Below are positions 1 to 7,899 of a stretch of 35,650 nucleotides of DNA, one piece after another (the first letter of the stretch is position 1; each line of letters starts with the position of its first letter). Below the pieces are notes generated by a model. That model saw nothing but the letters and a program-made list of their open reading frames with translations. It ran no database searches and was not told where the DNA came from. The position numbers and the translations under genes are program-made. This DNA comes from Candidatus Aenigmatarchaeota archaeon (GTDB taxonomy: Archaea > Aenigmatarchaeota > Aenigmatarchaeia > CG10238-14 > SpSt-28): positions 1 to 35,650 of the forward strand of contig JBMFIJ010000003.1 in NCBI GenBank assembly GCA_049976365.1, in the 5' to 3' direction.

Positions 1-276
1 GGTTTATTCTTTAGAGGATATGGAATTGCAAGAAAAGAATATGCATTGACTTTAAAAACTTATGAGAGCGTGGGTAAAGAATTATCGGATATGCTTTCTG
101 AGCTTCAAAAAAGAGTAGGTGAGCTTAGTTCTTCTGATATAGAAAGAGAAGTGAGTAGATTAGCAGAAAAGTATGGTGGCTTATATCCAAAAATAAAGGA
201 TTTGGCTGCTCAAGTCCTTCAAGCTTCAGATGTTAATGGAAAAAGAAAAGCGGTTAAAGAGTTTAAATTGCAATAA
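1..276 (+). CDS. Hypothetical protein, 3' part (5'-truncated by window edge)
   Basis: Frame is open from base 1 (GLFFRGYGIARKEYALTLKTY...) to TAA at 274-276; helical, charged composition; no recognised motif. Confidence 0.6.
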   Translation, partial: GLFFRGYGIARKEYALTLKTYESVGKELSDMLSELQKRVGELSSSDIEREVSRLAEKYGGLYPKIKDLAAQVLQASDVNGKRKAVKEFKLQ

Positions 277-327
277 ATTTAAATCTACATAGCAAATCTT
301 TTAATAGAAACAGAAGGAGGTGTTTAG

Positions 328-618
328 ATGGCTGAAGAAACAAAAGAACAGCAAGATAATGTTGTTTTCATAGGAAAGAAGCCAACAATGAGTTATGTGT
401 TGGCAGTAATAACTCAGTTCACTAATGGCCAAAAAGAAGTTCACATTAAGGCAAGAGGAAGAAGTATATCTAGAGCAGTAGATGTTGCTCAGATAGTTCA
501 AAGAAGGTTCATGCAAGACGTAAAAATCAAGAAAATTGATCTAGGAACTGAAGAAAGAGAAGTTGAAGGAAAAGGAAAAGTGAATGTTTCAACAATAGAT
601 ATTGTTCTAGCCAAGTAA
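328..618 (+). CDS. albA: Archaeal chromatin protein Alba
   Basis: [30 protein letters not shown] and VSTIDIVL match Alba; strong SD aaggaggtg upstream. Confidence 0.96.
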   Translation: MAEETKEQQDNVVFIGKKPTMSYVLAVITQFTNGQKEVHIKARGRSISRAVDVAQIVQRRFMQDVKIKKIDLGTEEREVEGKGKVNVSTIDIVLAK

Positions 619-1677
619 GGTTTTCTCTTTCTTTTTATTTTTTAAAAATTCTATCAATTCTTTCAAATCTTCAACTCTCATTCCTGCAGCTGTCGGATGC
701 CCACCACCTTTCGCTCTAATACTCTTTGTTATTTCAGAAACAATTTTTGATAAGTCATCTTTTCTTTTCAATCCTCTTCTAACACTGACTTCATAATAGC
801 TATTAGATTTTTGAGCAACGAAAATTATTTTATTTTTGAAAATTTTTGGCAAATAGCTTGCAAAAGAAGATTTCAAATTGTATTTACTTTTAATTTCATA
901 AATCAAGAAATCATCAATTTCTATCTTATTTTTATTCAGTCTTTTTAATTCTTTTTTGAACTCTGTATTAAGTTTCTTGTAAAGATTTCTGATTTTTCTG
1001 TCGTTTAAAACATCTTTGTAGCTTTTAGAATTCGCTACAACTTTACTAGCATATTTTACTCCTTTTAACCCTTCAAATATTCTGCAGGCATCAATCATTT
1101 TTGCAATTTTTCCAATTAAGCTTCTTTCAAAAAGAACCCTATCTTTTATCTTATTTTCTCCAATTAGTTCAGGAAAATTTTTCTTTAGACTTAAAAATAA
1201 ATCTTTGTTTTCTTCAGCTCCAAAATCGCCAAGTGTACCAAAGGCAGCTATCCATTCTATTTCTTTACTATCAAAAAATTGTTTGTAGATTAACCAAGAA
1301 ATATAGCTTGCTGGCATATAAATTTCTTTTTTAACTAACCTTGGATTAACGTAAAGACAATTGTATTTTTTTGGAAGGTGATGGTCTACAATTAATAAAA
1401 GTTTTTTTCTAGAAAGTTTGTTTATTCTTTCTTCTGGAGTATCTCCTATATCAGTTATCAGTATGTTTTTGAATTTTTCTAATTTTTTTGCAGTTTTTTC
1501 ATCTACTTCAAAATTTTGAAAAGAGACTATTAGCTTTGGCTTTAATTTTAATTTTTTTGCAAGTTTGAAGAAAACGGAAGAAGATGCAATGCTATCATCA
1601 TCATGTCCAAAAACTATAGCAATTTCACCTTTAGCTTTTTTGAAAAATTCAATTGCAGGTCTTGTAAAATCTTCCAT
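607..1677 (-). CDS. DHH/DHHA1 family phosphoesterase (RecJ-like)
   Basis: GHDDDS, ITD, VDHH, GTLGD motifs and C-terminal GGGHPTAAG (DHHA1). Confidence 0.88.
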   Translation of the reverse strand: MEDFTRPAIEFFKKAKGEIAIVFGHDDDSIASSSVFFKLAKKLKLKPKLIVSFQNFEVDEKTAKKLEKFKNILITDIGDTPEERINKLSRKKLLLIVDHHLPKKYNCLYVNPRLVKKEIYMPASYISWLIYKQFFDSKEIEWIAAFGTLGDFGAEENKDLFLSLKKNFPELIGENKIKDRVLFERSLIGKIAKMIDACRIFEGLKGVKYASKVVANSKSYKDVLNDRKIRNLYKKLNTEFKKELKRLNKNKIEIDDFLIYEIKSKYNLKSSFASYLPKIFKNKIIFVAQKSNSYYEVSVRRGLKRKDDLSKIVSEITKSIRAKGGGHPTAAGMRVEDLKELIEFLKNKKKEKTLLG

Positions 1678-1684
1678 TTACTCT

Positions 1685-2236
1685 TTATTCTTCCCCTTTT
1701 ATTAATTGTTGTGAAGTAGAAAATTCTATTAATGCCATTAAAGTATCTGCATAATGTAAAATAATTGCTTCTATTGTTTTTGGCGGGTTTGTAGAAGGAG
1801 CTGGATGAGAAATTATTAAATGTAAGACTTCTTCAGGAAAATCTCTTTTGTATAATTCAGCTAGACCTAAAGCTGAATGATCTAACAATATTCCAGTGTG
1901 CTGACCATCTTTAAATTCATAAACCTTCATGATATCATGTAATAAAGAGCCTGCAATCAAGACATCATGATTGACTTTAATTCCATAATTTTCTTCAATA
2001 ACTTTTGCTAGCTCCAAACAAGCTTTAGTTACAGCAACAGTATGATTTGTTAATTCTCTTATGGAAATAATATCATTAACAATAAATGGAGTTTTTACTT
2101 TTTCAGGGTCTTCTCTTGGATATTTTGAAAATGAAGGATGAGTCAATTTTATATCTTTAAGTATTTCTATTGTTTTTTCTCTCAGCTTTTCATCTTTTAT
2201 TTTTTTCGCCAATTCTATCATTTTTTCCAATGTCAT
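1685..2236 (-). CDS. HD-domain metal-dependent phosphohydrolase (YhaM/MptB-like)
   Basis: NHTVAV, LLHDIMK, LDHS, IISH, LHYAD. Start moved to ATG 2236 (MTLEKM) because the longer ORF runs antisense over the NTPase. Confidence 0.85.
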   Translation of the reverse strand: MTLEKMIELAKKIKDEKLREKTIEILKDIKLTHPSFSKYPREDPEKVKTPFIVNDIISIRELTNHTVAVTKACLELAKVIEENYGIKVNHDVLIAGSLLHDIMKVYEFKDGQHTGILLDHSALGLAELYKRDFPEEVLHLIISHPAPSTNPPKTIEAIILHYADTLMALIEFSTSQQLIKGEE

Positions 2237-2270
2237 TAGATTCTTTTTTACTTGAATTTTAAAAGTTTTT

Positions 2271-2795
2271 ATGAAAATTTTCATTACTGGTTTACCTGGT
2301 TCAGGAAAATCTACTGTTTTAATTAAAGTTTTAGATTTTCTAAAAAGTAAAAATTTGAGAGTAGGTGGAATTATTTCTCCAGAAATTAAAGAAAAAGGAA
2401 GAAGAATTGGCTTTGAAGTTGTTGATATATTTTCTAACAAAAGAAAAGTTTTTGCTAGCATTTATTTTAAAAGCAATTACAAAGTTTCAAAATATTTTGT
2501 TGACATCAATGCTTTTGAAGAAGTAGCTACAAATGCTTTAGAATTTGCATTTGAAAATTGTGATGTGATTGCAATCGATGAGATTGGAAAAATGGAGCTT
2601 TTAAGCAAAAAATTTGAAGAGATTGTCTATAAGATTGTACATTCAAACAAGCCATTAATTGCAGTTGTTCATAGAAATTATATTGATGATTTTAGGGAAT
2701 TTGGAAAGACATTTGTTGTTACTCAAGAAAACAGAAATGAGTTGCTAAAAGCAATTTTGAATTATATCATTCAAAATCTTGGAATAAAAACTTAG
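2271..2795 (+). CDS. NTPase (THEP1/NTPase_1 family)
   Basis: KIFITGLPGSGKST Walker A, GRRIGF, IAIDEIGKMEL, VTQENRN. Confidence 0.93.
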   Translation: MKIFITGLPGSGKSTVLIKVLDFLKSKNLRVGGIISPEIKEKGRRIGFEVVDIFSNKRKVFASIYFKSNYKVSKYFVDINAFEEVATNALEFAFENCDVIAIDEIGKMELLSKKFEEIVYKIVHSNKPLIAVVHRNYIDDFREFGKTFVVTQENRNELLKAILNYIIQNLGIKT

Positions 2796-3125
2796 TTTCT
2801 AAATTGTCTGATATTTATTTCAATTTTTATCTACTTGTGAATTTTTGCTTTTTTAATTGTTATTAGATTGTTAATATTTTTGCTCTAATGATTGTTCATT
2901 CTTTCAGAAAATTTTGAAATTATCTCTAGTCTAAAAACTCAATTTTTTCCAATATTTTTAACATTTAAGGTTACACTTACATCCCTTTTTTTATATTTTT
3001 TGCTACTCTTTAAAGATAAAAACATGTCGAAAAGTACCGACAACTCAAAGCCAATTTTATGCAGGAATTAAGGCTCAGAAATGAAAAATAAGAAAAGTAT
3101 GAACAGACAAATCGACACTTTATAA

Positions 3126-4607
3126 TTATTGGATAGAGAGAGAATTGGCTTTCTCTCTTAAAAATTCTTTCAAATCCTTTAAGCTAACTCTAAGTTGTTG
3201 TGTTGTATTTCTATTCCTAACAGTTACTGTATTATCCTCTAAGCTTTGATAATCAACAGTTATACAAAACGGTATTCCAATTTCATCCGCTCTCGCATAT
3301 CTTTTTCCTATAGAGCCACTTTTATCAAAAATAGAGTCAAATTCCATTTTTAAATTCTCAAAAATTTCTTCAGCTTTTTTAATCATCTCTTCTTTATTCA
3401 ATAAAGGAAATACGGCTACGCTTATAGGAGCAATTTTTGGAGCAAAATTAAACCAATCCCACCCTCTTTTTTCATCTTCTACAAAAGAATAAAGAAGTAT
3501 TGCATAAATTGTTCTTTCAATACCAAAACTTGGTTCAATTACATGAGGAATAACTTGTTTACCATTATCTAAAGTCACAATTAGTTTTTCTCCAGAAAAT
3601 TCAGAATGCTTTTTTAAATCATAATCGCTTCTATAAGCATTCCCAACAACTTCCTTCCAACCAAAATCAAATTTTATTTCCATATCGACATTTCCCTTAC
3701 TATAATGAGGAGTTTCTTCTGGCAGCAAATGTCTAAACCTTATTGCTTCCTTAGGAATTCCCAAATTTTCGTAGAATATCTGTTCTTTTGCTATGAAGTA
3801 TGCCATGTATTCTGAAGGAATTATGTTTTTTTCTAAAGCTTCTTTAATGCTCATTTCTTCTTCTTTACCATTGTTCTTTTGAGCTTCTCTAGTTAAAACC
3901 CTAATTTTAACATTCTCATATTTTTTCAATTTCTCAAATTTCTTCTCTTCAGGATTAATAAAAAATTCTATTTCCATTTGTGTGAATTCTCTCATTCTTA
4001 TTAGCCATTGCCTTGGTGCTATTTCATTTCTAAAAGACTTTCCAATTTGTGCAATTCCAAAGGGAAGTTTTGCTCTTAAAGAATTGAAAACGTTTTTAAA
4101 ATTCACAAAAATACCCTGAGCAGTTTCTGGTCTTAAATAACCTTTTGAATCTTTTAGTGGTCCTATTCCAAGCTCAAACATTAAATTAAAAACTTTGACT
4201 TCTTCTAGTTCGCCACCACATTTAGGGCATTTAATATTGTTTTCCTTTATGATTTTCGTTAATTCTTCTATGCTTAATCCTTCTGTAAAAATATGCAATG
4301 ATTCTTCAATTAGATGATCTGCTCTGTATAAAGCCTTACATTTTTTACATTGTGTTATTGGGTCAACAAATCCTTTTAAATGACCAGAAGCTTCGAAAAC
4401 TTTTTCTGGCATTATTAGACTAGTTTCTATTTCAAAAATGTTATCATCTTTAAGGAAAAATTCTCTCCAATATTCAATAATTTTTTTCTTTAACAAGAAT
4501 CCTATTGGACCAAAATCATAGGTCCCGCTAATACCTCCATATATTTCGCTAGACGGGAAAATAAATCCCCTTTTTTTAGCAATTTGAATTATCTTTTCAA
4601 CATTCAT
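3126..4607 (-). CDS. glyS: Glycine--tRNA ligase (archaeal/eukaryotic type)
   Basis: KRGFIFPSSEIYGG, YLRPETAQGIF, GKSFRNEI, REFTQMEIEFF, VIEPSFGIER, SGSIGKRYARADEIG. Confidence 0.97.
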   Translation of the reverse strand: MNVEKIIQIAKKRGFIFPSSEIYGGISGTYDFGPIGFLLKKKIIEYWREFFLKDDNIFEIETSLIMPEKVFEASGHLKGFVDPITQCKKCKALYRADHLIEESLHIFTEGLSIEELTKIIKENNIKCPKCGGELEEVKVFNLMFELGIGPLKDSKGYLRPETAQGIFVNFKNVFNSLRAKLPFGIAQIGKSFRNEIAPRQWLIRMREFTQMEIEFFINPEEKKFEKLKKYENVKIRVLTREAQKNNGKEEEMSIKEALEKNIIPSEYMAYFIAKEQIFYENLGIPKEAIRFRHLLPEETPHYSKGNVDMEIKFDFGWKEVVGNAYRSDYDLKKHSEFSGEKLIVTLDNGKQVIPHVIEPSFGIERTIYAILLYSFVEDEKRGWDWFNFAPKIAPISVAVFPLLNKEEMIKKAEEIFENLKMEFDSIFDKSGSIGKRYARADEIGIPFCITVDYQSLEDNTVTVRNRNTTQQLRVSLKDLKEFLREKANSLSIQ

Positions 4608-4622
4608 TTTTTAAATTAAGTT

Positions 4623-5906
4623 CTAAGTTTTTATTTTTCCAATAAGGTAATTAGATTTTGCATCTATTATTTCAACATTAACAATTTTTCCAAGCAAATT
4701 TTCTTCACTTTCTATAACTACTGGCTTATAATTGAATGTTCTACCAACGAATGTTTTTCCTTTACCCTTTTCATCAACAAAGACTTCGAGATCTTTGTTA
4801 ACATACTTACTGTTAATTTCAAATTGAATTTTTCTAACAAGTTCAAAAGCGGCTTTACTCCTCCTTTTAACAATTTCTGGATTTAGCTCTTTTAGTTTTT
4901 CTGCTGGCGTTTTAGGTCTAGGAGAGAATTTTGAGATATTAACAAAATCAAACTTTATTCTCTTTAACGCTTCTAAAGTTTTTTCAAAATCTTCATCTCT
5001 TTCAGTAGGATAGCCAACAATTATATCAGTTTCTATGGAAATTGAGGGAATTTCATTTCTAAAAAGTTTTACAACTTCTTCAAATTCTTCAATTGTATAA
5101 TTTCTATTCATATCTTTCAATACTTTATTGCTTCCAGATTGTAAAGGCAAGTGAACAAACTTGAATATTTTTTCGTTTTTGTATACATTTACCAGTTTTT
5201 CTAGAATATTTCTATTTTTTATAAGATGGTAAGGATTCATCATTCCAACTCTAACAAAAAATTTTCCATCTATTTTAACAATGTTTTCTAACAAGTTTGC
5301 TATGTTTGTTTTAATATCAAACCCATAGCAAGCATTATCTTGCGAAGTAATCCAAAACTCTTTAAATCCTTTTTTCAAATCTTCTTCTATCCTTCTAACT
5401 ATTGATGCTTGAGAATAGCTTTTTAAAATTCCTCTTGCCAATCTAGTTTCACAAAAGCTGCAGGCAGATAAACAGCCAGAAGAAATTTGAATTATTGATA
5501 TTATTTTACTGAAAGAAACTCTTGGCAAATTAACTTTCTCTATTTTATTTTCATCAAAAACTACTTTCCTTCCTTTTATTGTCTCTTTCACAGCTTCAAC
5601 TATTTTATGTATAGATTCTGGCGTTACAATACTTGCTTTTGGAGAAATTTTTTCTATTCTTTCCCTTTCTGCTTTTGCCATACATCCAGCAACTATTAAT
5701 GGTCTATTTAAGGAAGATAGTTCCCTAATTCTTCTTTCCATTCTTTTGGCTGTAGGCGTTTTAACAATACAAGTATTTATTATTAAAACATCAGCTTCTT
5801 CTTTTTTATCAGTTATTTCAAATCCGTTTTCTTTTAGCAAACCAAGCATTATTTCTGAATCGGATTTGTTAGCAGAACAACCGTAGGTTTCTAAATAAAC
5901 TTTCAT
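4623..5906 (-). CDS. mtaB: tRNA t6A37 methylthiotransferase (MtaB/CDKAL1-like radical SAM enzyme)
   Basis: ETYGCSAN, INTC and AGC (UPF0004 domain); CxxxCxxC as GCLSACSFC; RVGMMNP; C-terminal TRAM domain. Confidence 0.9.
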   Translation of the reverse strand: MKVYLETYGCSANKSDSEIMLGLLKENGFEITDKKEEADVLIINTCIVKTPTAKRMERRIRELSSLNRPLIVAGCMAKAERERIEKISPKASIVTPESIHKIVEAVKETIKGRKVVFDENKIEKVNLPRVSFSKIISIIQISSGCLSACSFCETRLARGILKSYSQASIVRRIEEDLKKGFKEFWITSQDNACYGFDIKTNIANLLENIVKIDGKFFVRVGMMNPYHLIKNRNILEKLVNVYKNEKIFKFVHLPLQSGSNKVLKDMNRNYTIEEFEEVVKLFRNEIPSISIETDIIVGYPTERDEDFEKTLEALKRIKFDFVNISKFSPRPKTPAEKLKELNPEIVKRRSKAAFELVRKIQFEINSKYVNKDLEVFVDEKGKGKTFVGRTFNYKPVVIESEENLLGKIVNVEIIDAKSNYLIGKIKT

Positions 5907-5917
5907 AAAATCATCAG

Positions 5918-6361
5918 TTATTCTTTTTGGCCTCCTTTTGTTTTATTTTTTATAGTTTCATAAATTTCTTCAGGCTTTCTAATTCCTCTAATTACTATCT
6001 CTTTTTCTCCAGAGCCATGTATTATGATATTGCCATAATTTAGCAATCTTCCCCAAAAAGATTTGTATAGATTTACTTTCATTATGTTTGGATATGGTAT
6101 AAAAGTTTCTTTTTTTGAAAAAAGAACAAAAATTTCTCTTATTCCATCTTCTTCAATTTCATAAGTATATAGCAACTTAATTAAAATTTCATCAATCAGT
6201 ATAAAGGCAATTATAATTAAAACGTATGAAAAAATAGAGAGAGGAGTTATTGTAAATAAATTGACTTTAAAGCTTATGAAAAGCAGTAGAAGAATTATAC
6301 CAATTAAAGATATTAAAATCAGATTTAACATTTCAGATATTATCGATGGCTTTATTCTCAT
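5918..6361 (-). CDS. Membrane protein with bacterial PH (bPH_2)-like domain
   Basis: Two TM helices followed by YEIEEDGI...IPYPNI...SFWGRLLNYGNIII...IRKPEEIYETI. Start ATG 6361 chosen to avoid overlap with DUF72. Confidence 0.75.
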   Translation of the reverse strand: MRIKPSIISEMLNLILISLIGIILLLLFISFKVNLFTITPLSIFSYVLIIIAFILIDEILIKLLYTYEIEEDGIREIFVLFSKKETFIPYPNIMKVNLYKSFWGRLLNYGNIIIHGSGEKEIVIRGIRKPEEIYETIKNKTKGGQKE

Positions 6362-6386
6362 ATTTATATTTTTTCTAAAATTAATT

Positions 6387-7106
6387 ATGATTCTTGTTGG
6401 AACTTGTGGTTTTTCAGAAAGCATGAAAAAATATTTTAAAGATTATAAAACTGTTGAAATACAACAAACTTTTTATAAAATCTTGGAAAATAAAACGCTT
6501 GAAAAATGGAAAAGAATGGCACCAAAAGATTTTGTTTTTAATTTTAAAGTTTTTCAAGGAATAACACATCCTTATTATTCGAAAACTTGGAAAAGGTCTA
6601 ACATTGATGTTAATAAGATAAAAGATAAAGTAGGATTTCTGAAGCCGACAAAAGAAGTTTTCGATTTTTGGAATAAGATGATAGAATATGCGAAAATTTT
6701 AGAATCAAAAGTTCTTTTAATTCAACTACCAGAGAGCTTTACTGATACTGAAGAAAATTGGGAAAATGCTGAAAAATTTTTTAGAAATATAGAAAGAGAA
6801 AAGTTTGAGATAGGCATAGAGCTTAGAGGATGGAATGAAAAAAGAATTAAAAAATTTTGTAAGAAATTTGATTTAATTGATGTTTGTGATATAAATTTAA
6901 GGCTTCCTTTATACAAAAAAGAAATATCATATTTTCGCTTGCATGGTTCTTACAAAAACGGAAAGATAAATTATTATCACAATTATAGCTTGGAAGAATT
7001 GAAAAAAATAAAAGAAAAGATAGAAAAAATCAAGTCAAAGTATATTTTCGTTTACTTCAACAACATTTTTATGAGAGACAATTCTAAACAGTTTCTCCGC
7101 TTGTAG
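6387..7106 (+). CDS. DUF72 (YecE-like) TIM-barrel protein
   Basis: ILVGTCGF, TVEIQQTFY, FNFKVFQGITH, LIQLPESF, YFRLHG, VYFNN. Start at ATG 6387. Confidence 0.9.
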   Translation: MILVGTCGFSESMKKYFKDYKTVEIQQTFYKILENKTLEKWKRMAPKDFVFNFKVFQGITHPYYSKTWKRSNIDVNKIKDKVGFLKPTKEVFDFWNKMIEYAKILESKVLLIQLPESFTDTEENWENAEKFFRNIEREKFEIGIELRGWNEKRIKKFCKKFDLIDVCDINLRLPLYKKEISYFRLHGSYKNGKINYYHNYSLEELKKIKEKIEKIKSKYIFVYFNNIFMRDNSKQFLRL

Positions 7107-7344
7107 GTTCAGAACTTTCGGTGATTTCACCTATTGCGAACTTTCCTCTTACTTCTTTTATTTTTATGTGTTTCTTATCTCCCTTCTTGCTTCCTGGAAC
7201 AAACACTACAAAGTTTTTAATTCTAGCAATTCCGTCTCCTTTACTTCCAACTTCGTTTATTTCTACATCATATTCTTCTCCAACCTTAACAGGCTTTGGC
7301 AACTTTTCAAATCTTCTTCCGAAAGTTCTTCTTTCAAATGGCAT
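7084..7344 (-). CDS. Single TRAM-domain protein (RNA chaperone)
   Basis: PVKVGEEYDVEINEVGSKGDGIARIKNFVVFVPG...FAIGEI; SD aaaggaggt upstream. Confidence 0.92.
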   Translation of the reverse strand: MPFERRTFGRRFEKLPKPVKVGEEYDVEINEVGSKGDGIARIKNFVVFVPGSKKGDKKHIKIKEVRGKFAIGEITESSEPTSGETV

Positions 7345-7461
7345 TCAAACAAACCTCCTTTATTGGACTCTCATATCATCGAGTCAGTTAATACCATAGA
7401 AAGAATTCTTTCTATGGTAAGGCAATTTGCCTAAAAATTATTTGAAAGATAAGAATAAAAG
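7345..7461 (-). promoter_or_regulatory. Promoter and structured 5' leader of the TRAM gene
   Basis: TATA-like cttttatt (7454-7461); stems at 7420-7432, 7392-7419 (perfect 28-bp palindrome) and 7366-7385; then SD. Confidence 0.65.
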
Positions 7462-7473
7462 CCTTTGTTGGAA

Positions 7474-7731
7474 TCATAAACTTCTTGCAACTTCTACAAC
7501 TTCCACTTCTCCAACTCCATCCACTTCTTTAATTAATTTTTCTATTCTTTCAACTTCCCCTTCTTTGTCTTCAACAAATGTAGAAACATGCAAAGCTATT
7601 AAACCGAAAGCAATAGGCTCTTCTCTTATAAAACTGTTTGGTATTTTTGAGATTATTCCTTTCTCTATTTGTTTTATATCAATGCTTAAATCTGAAGGTA
7701 AAACTTTTAGTGCTACCAATACTTTTGACAT
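7474..7731 (-). CDS. ef1b: Translation elongation factor aEF-1beta
   Basis: KVLVALKVLPSD, EEPIAFGLIAL, VDGVGEVEVVEVARSL. Confidence 0.95.
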   Translation of the reverse strand: MSKVLVALKVLPSDLSIDIKQIEKGIISKIPNSFIREEPIAFGLIALHVSTFVEDKEGEVERIEKLIKEVDGVGEVEVVEVARSL

Positions 7732-7765
7732 TAAAAAAATAAGAAAAAGAAAAATAAAAAGGTTT
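7732..7765 (-). terminator. T-rich archaeal terminator-like tract after the acidic micro-ORF
   Basis: Minus strand reads aaacctttttatttttctttttcttattttttta. Confidence 0.45.
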
Positions 7766-7782
7766 GTTTTACTGTTTTTTAC

Positions 7783-7857
7783 TTACCATTCCTCTTCTGT
7801 TTCCTCTTCCTCTTCTTCGCTTTCTTCCTCTTCTTCATCCCATTCTTCTTCTGCCAT
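7783..7857 (-). CDS. 24-aa poly-Glu micropeptide MAEEEWDEEEEESEEEEEETEEEW
   Basis: ATG 7857 to TAA 7783; mixed GAA/GAG codons; upstream TATA-like ttttaaat (7884-7891); downstream T-tract. Absent from the ORF track. Confidence 0.65.
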   Translation of the reverse strand: MAEEEWDEEEEESEEEEEETEEEW

Positions 7858-7899
7858 GTTTCTCAATTTATAGTTTTTTACAAATTTAAAAGCTTTTTG

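Noticed and set aside
2237-2461. N-terminal extension of the HD ORF in the track
   Set aside because: Runs antisense over the NTPase; the HD-like sequence begins at ATG 2236.
2796-2900. Several in-frame TAG codons on the minus strand suggesting stop-codon recoding
   Set aside because: TAG ends clear genes in this window (NTPase, aglB, serS, rpl5) and conserved genes have no internal TAG.
6261-6424. Apparent head-to-head overlap of the DUF72 and PH-domain ORFs
   Set aside because: Disappears with starts at 6387 and 6361.
7427-7873. 148-aa Ser/Thr-rich ORF on the + strand
   Set aside because: Antisense shadow of EF-1beta and the poly-Glu micro-ORF; the Ser runs are the reverse complement of Glu codons.
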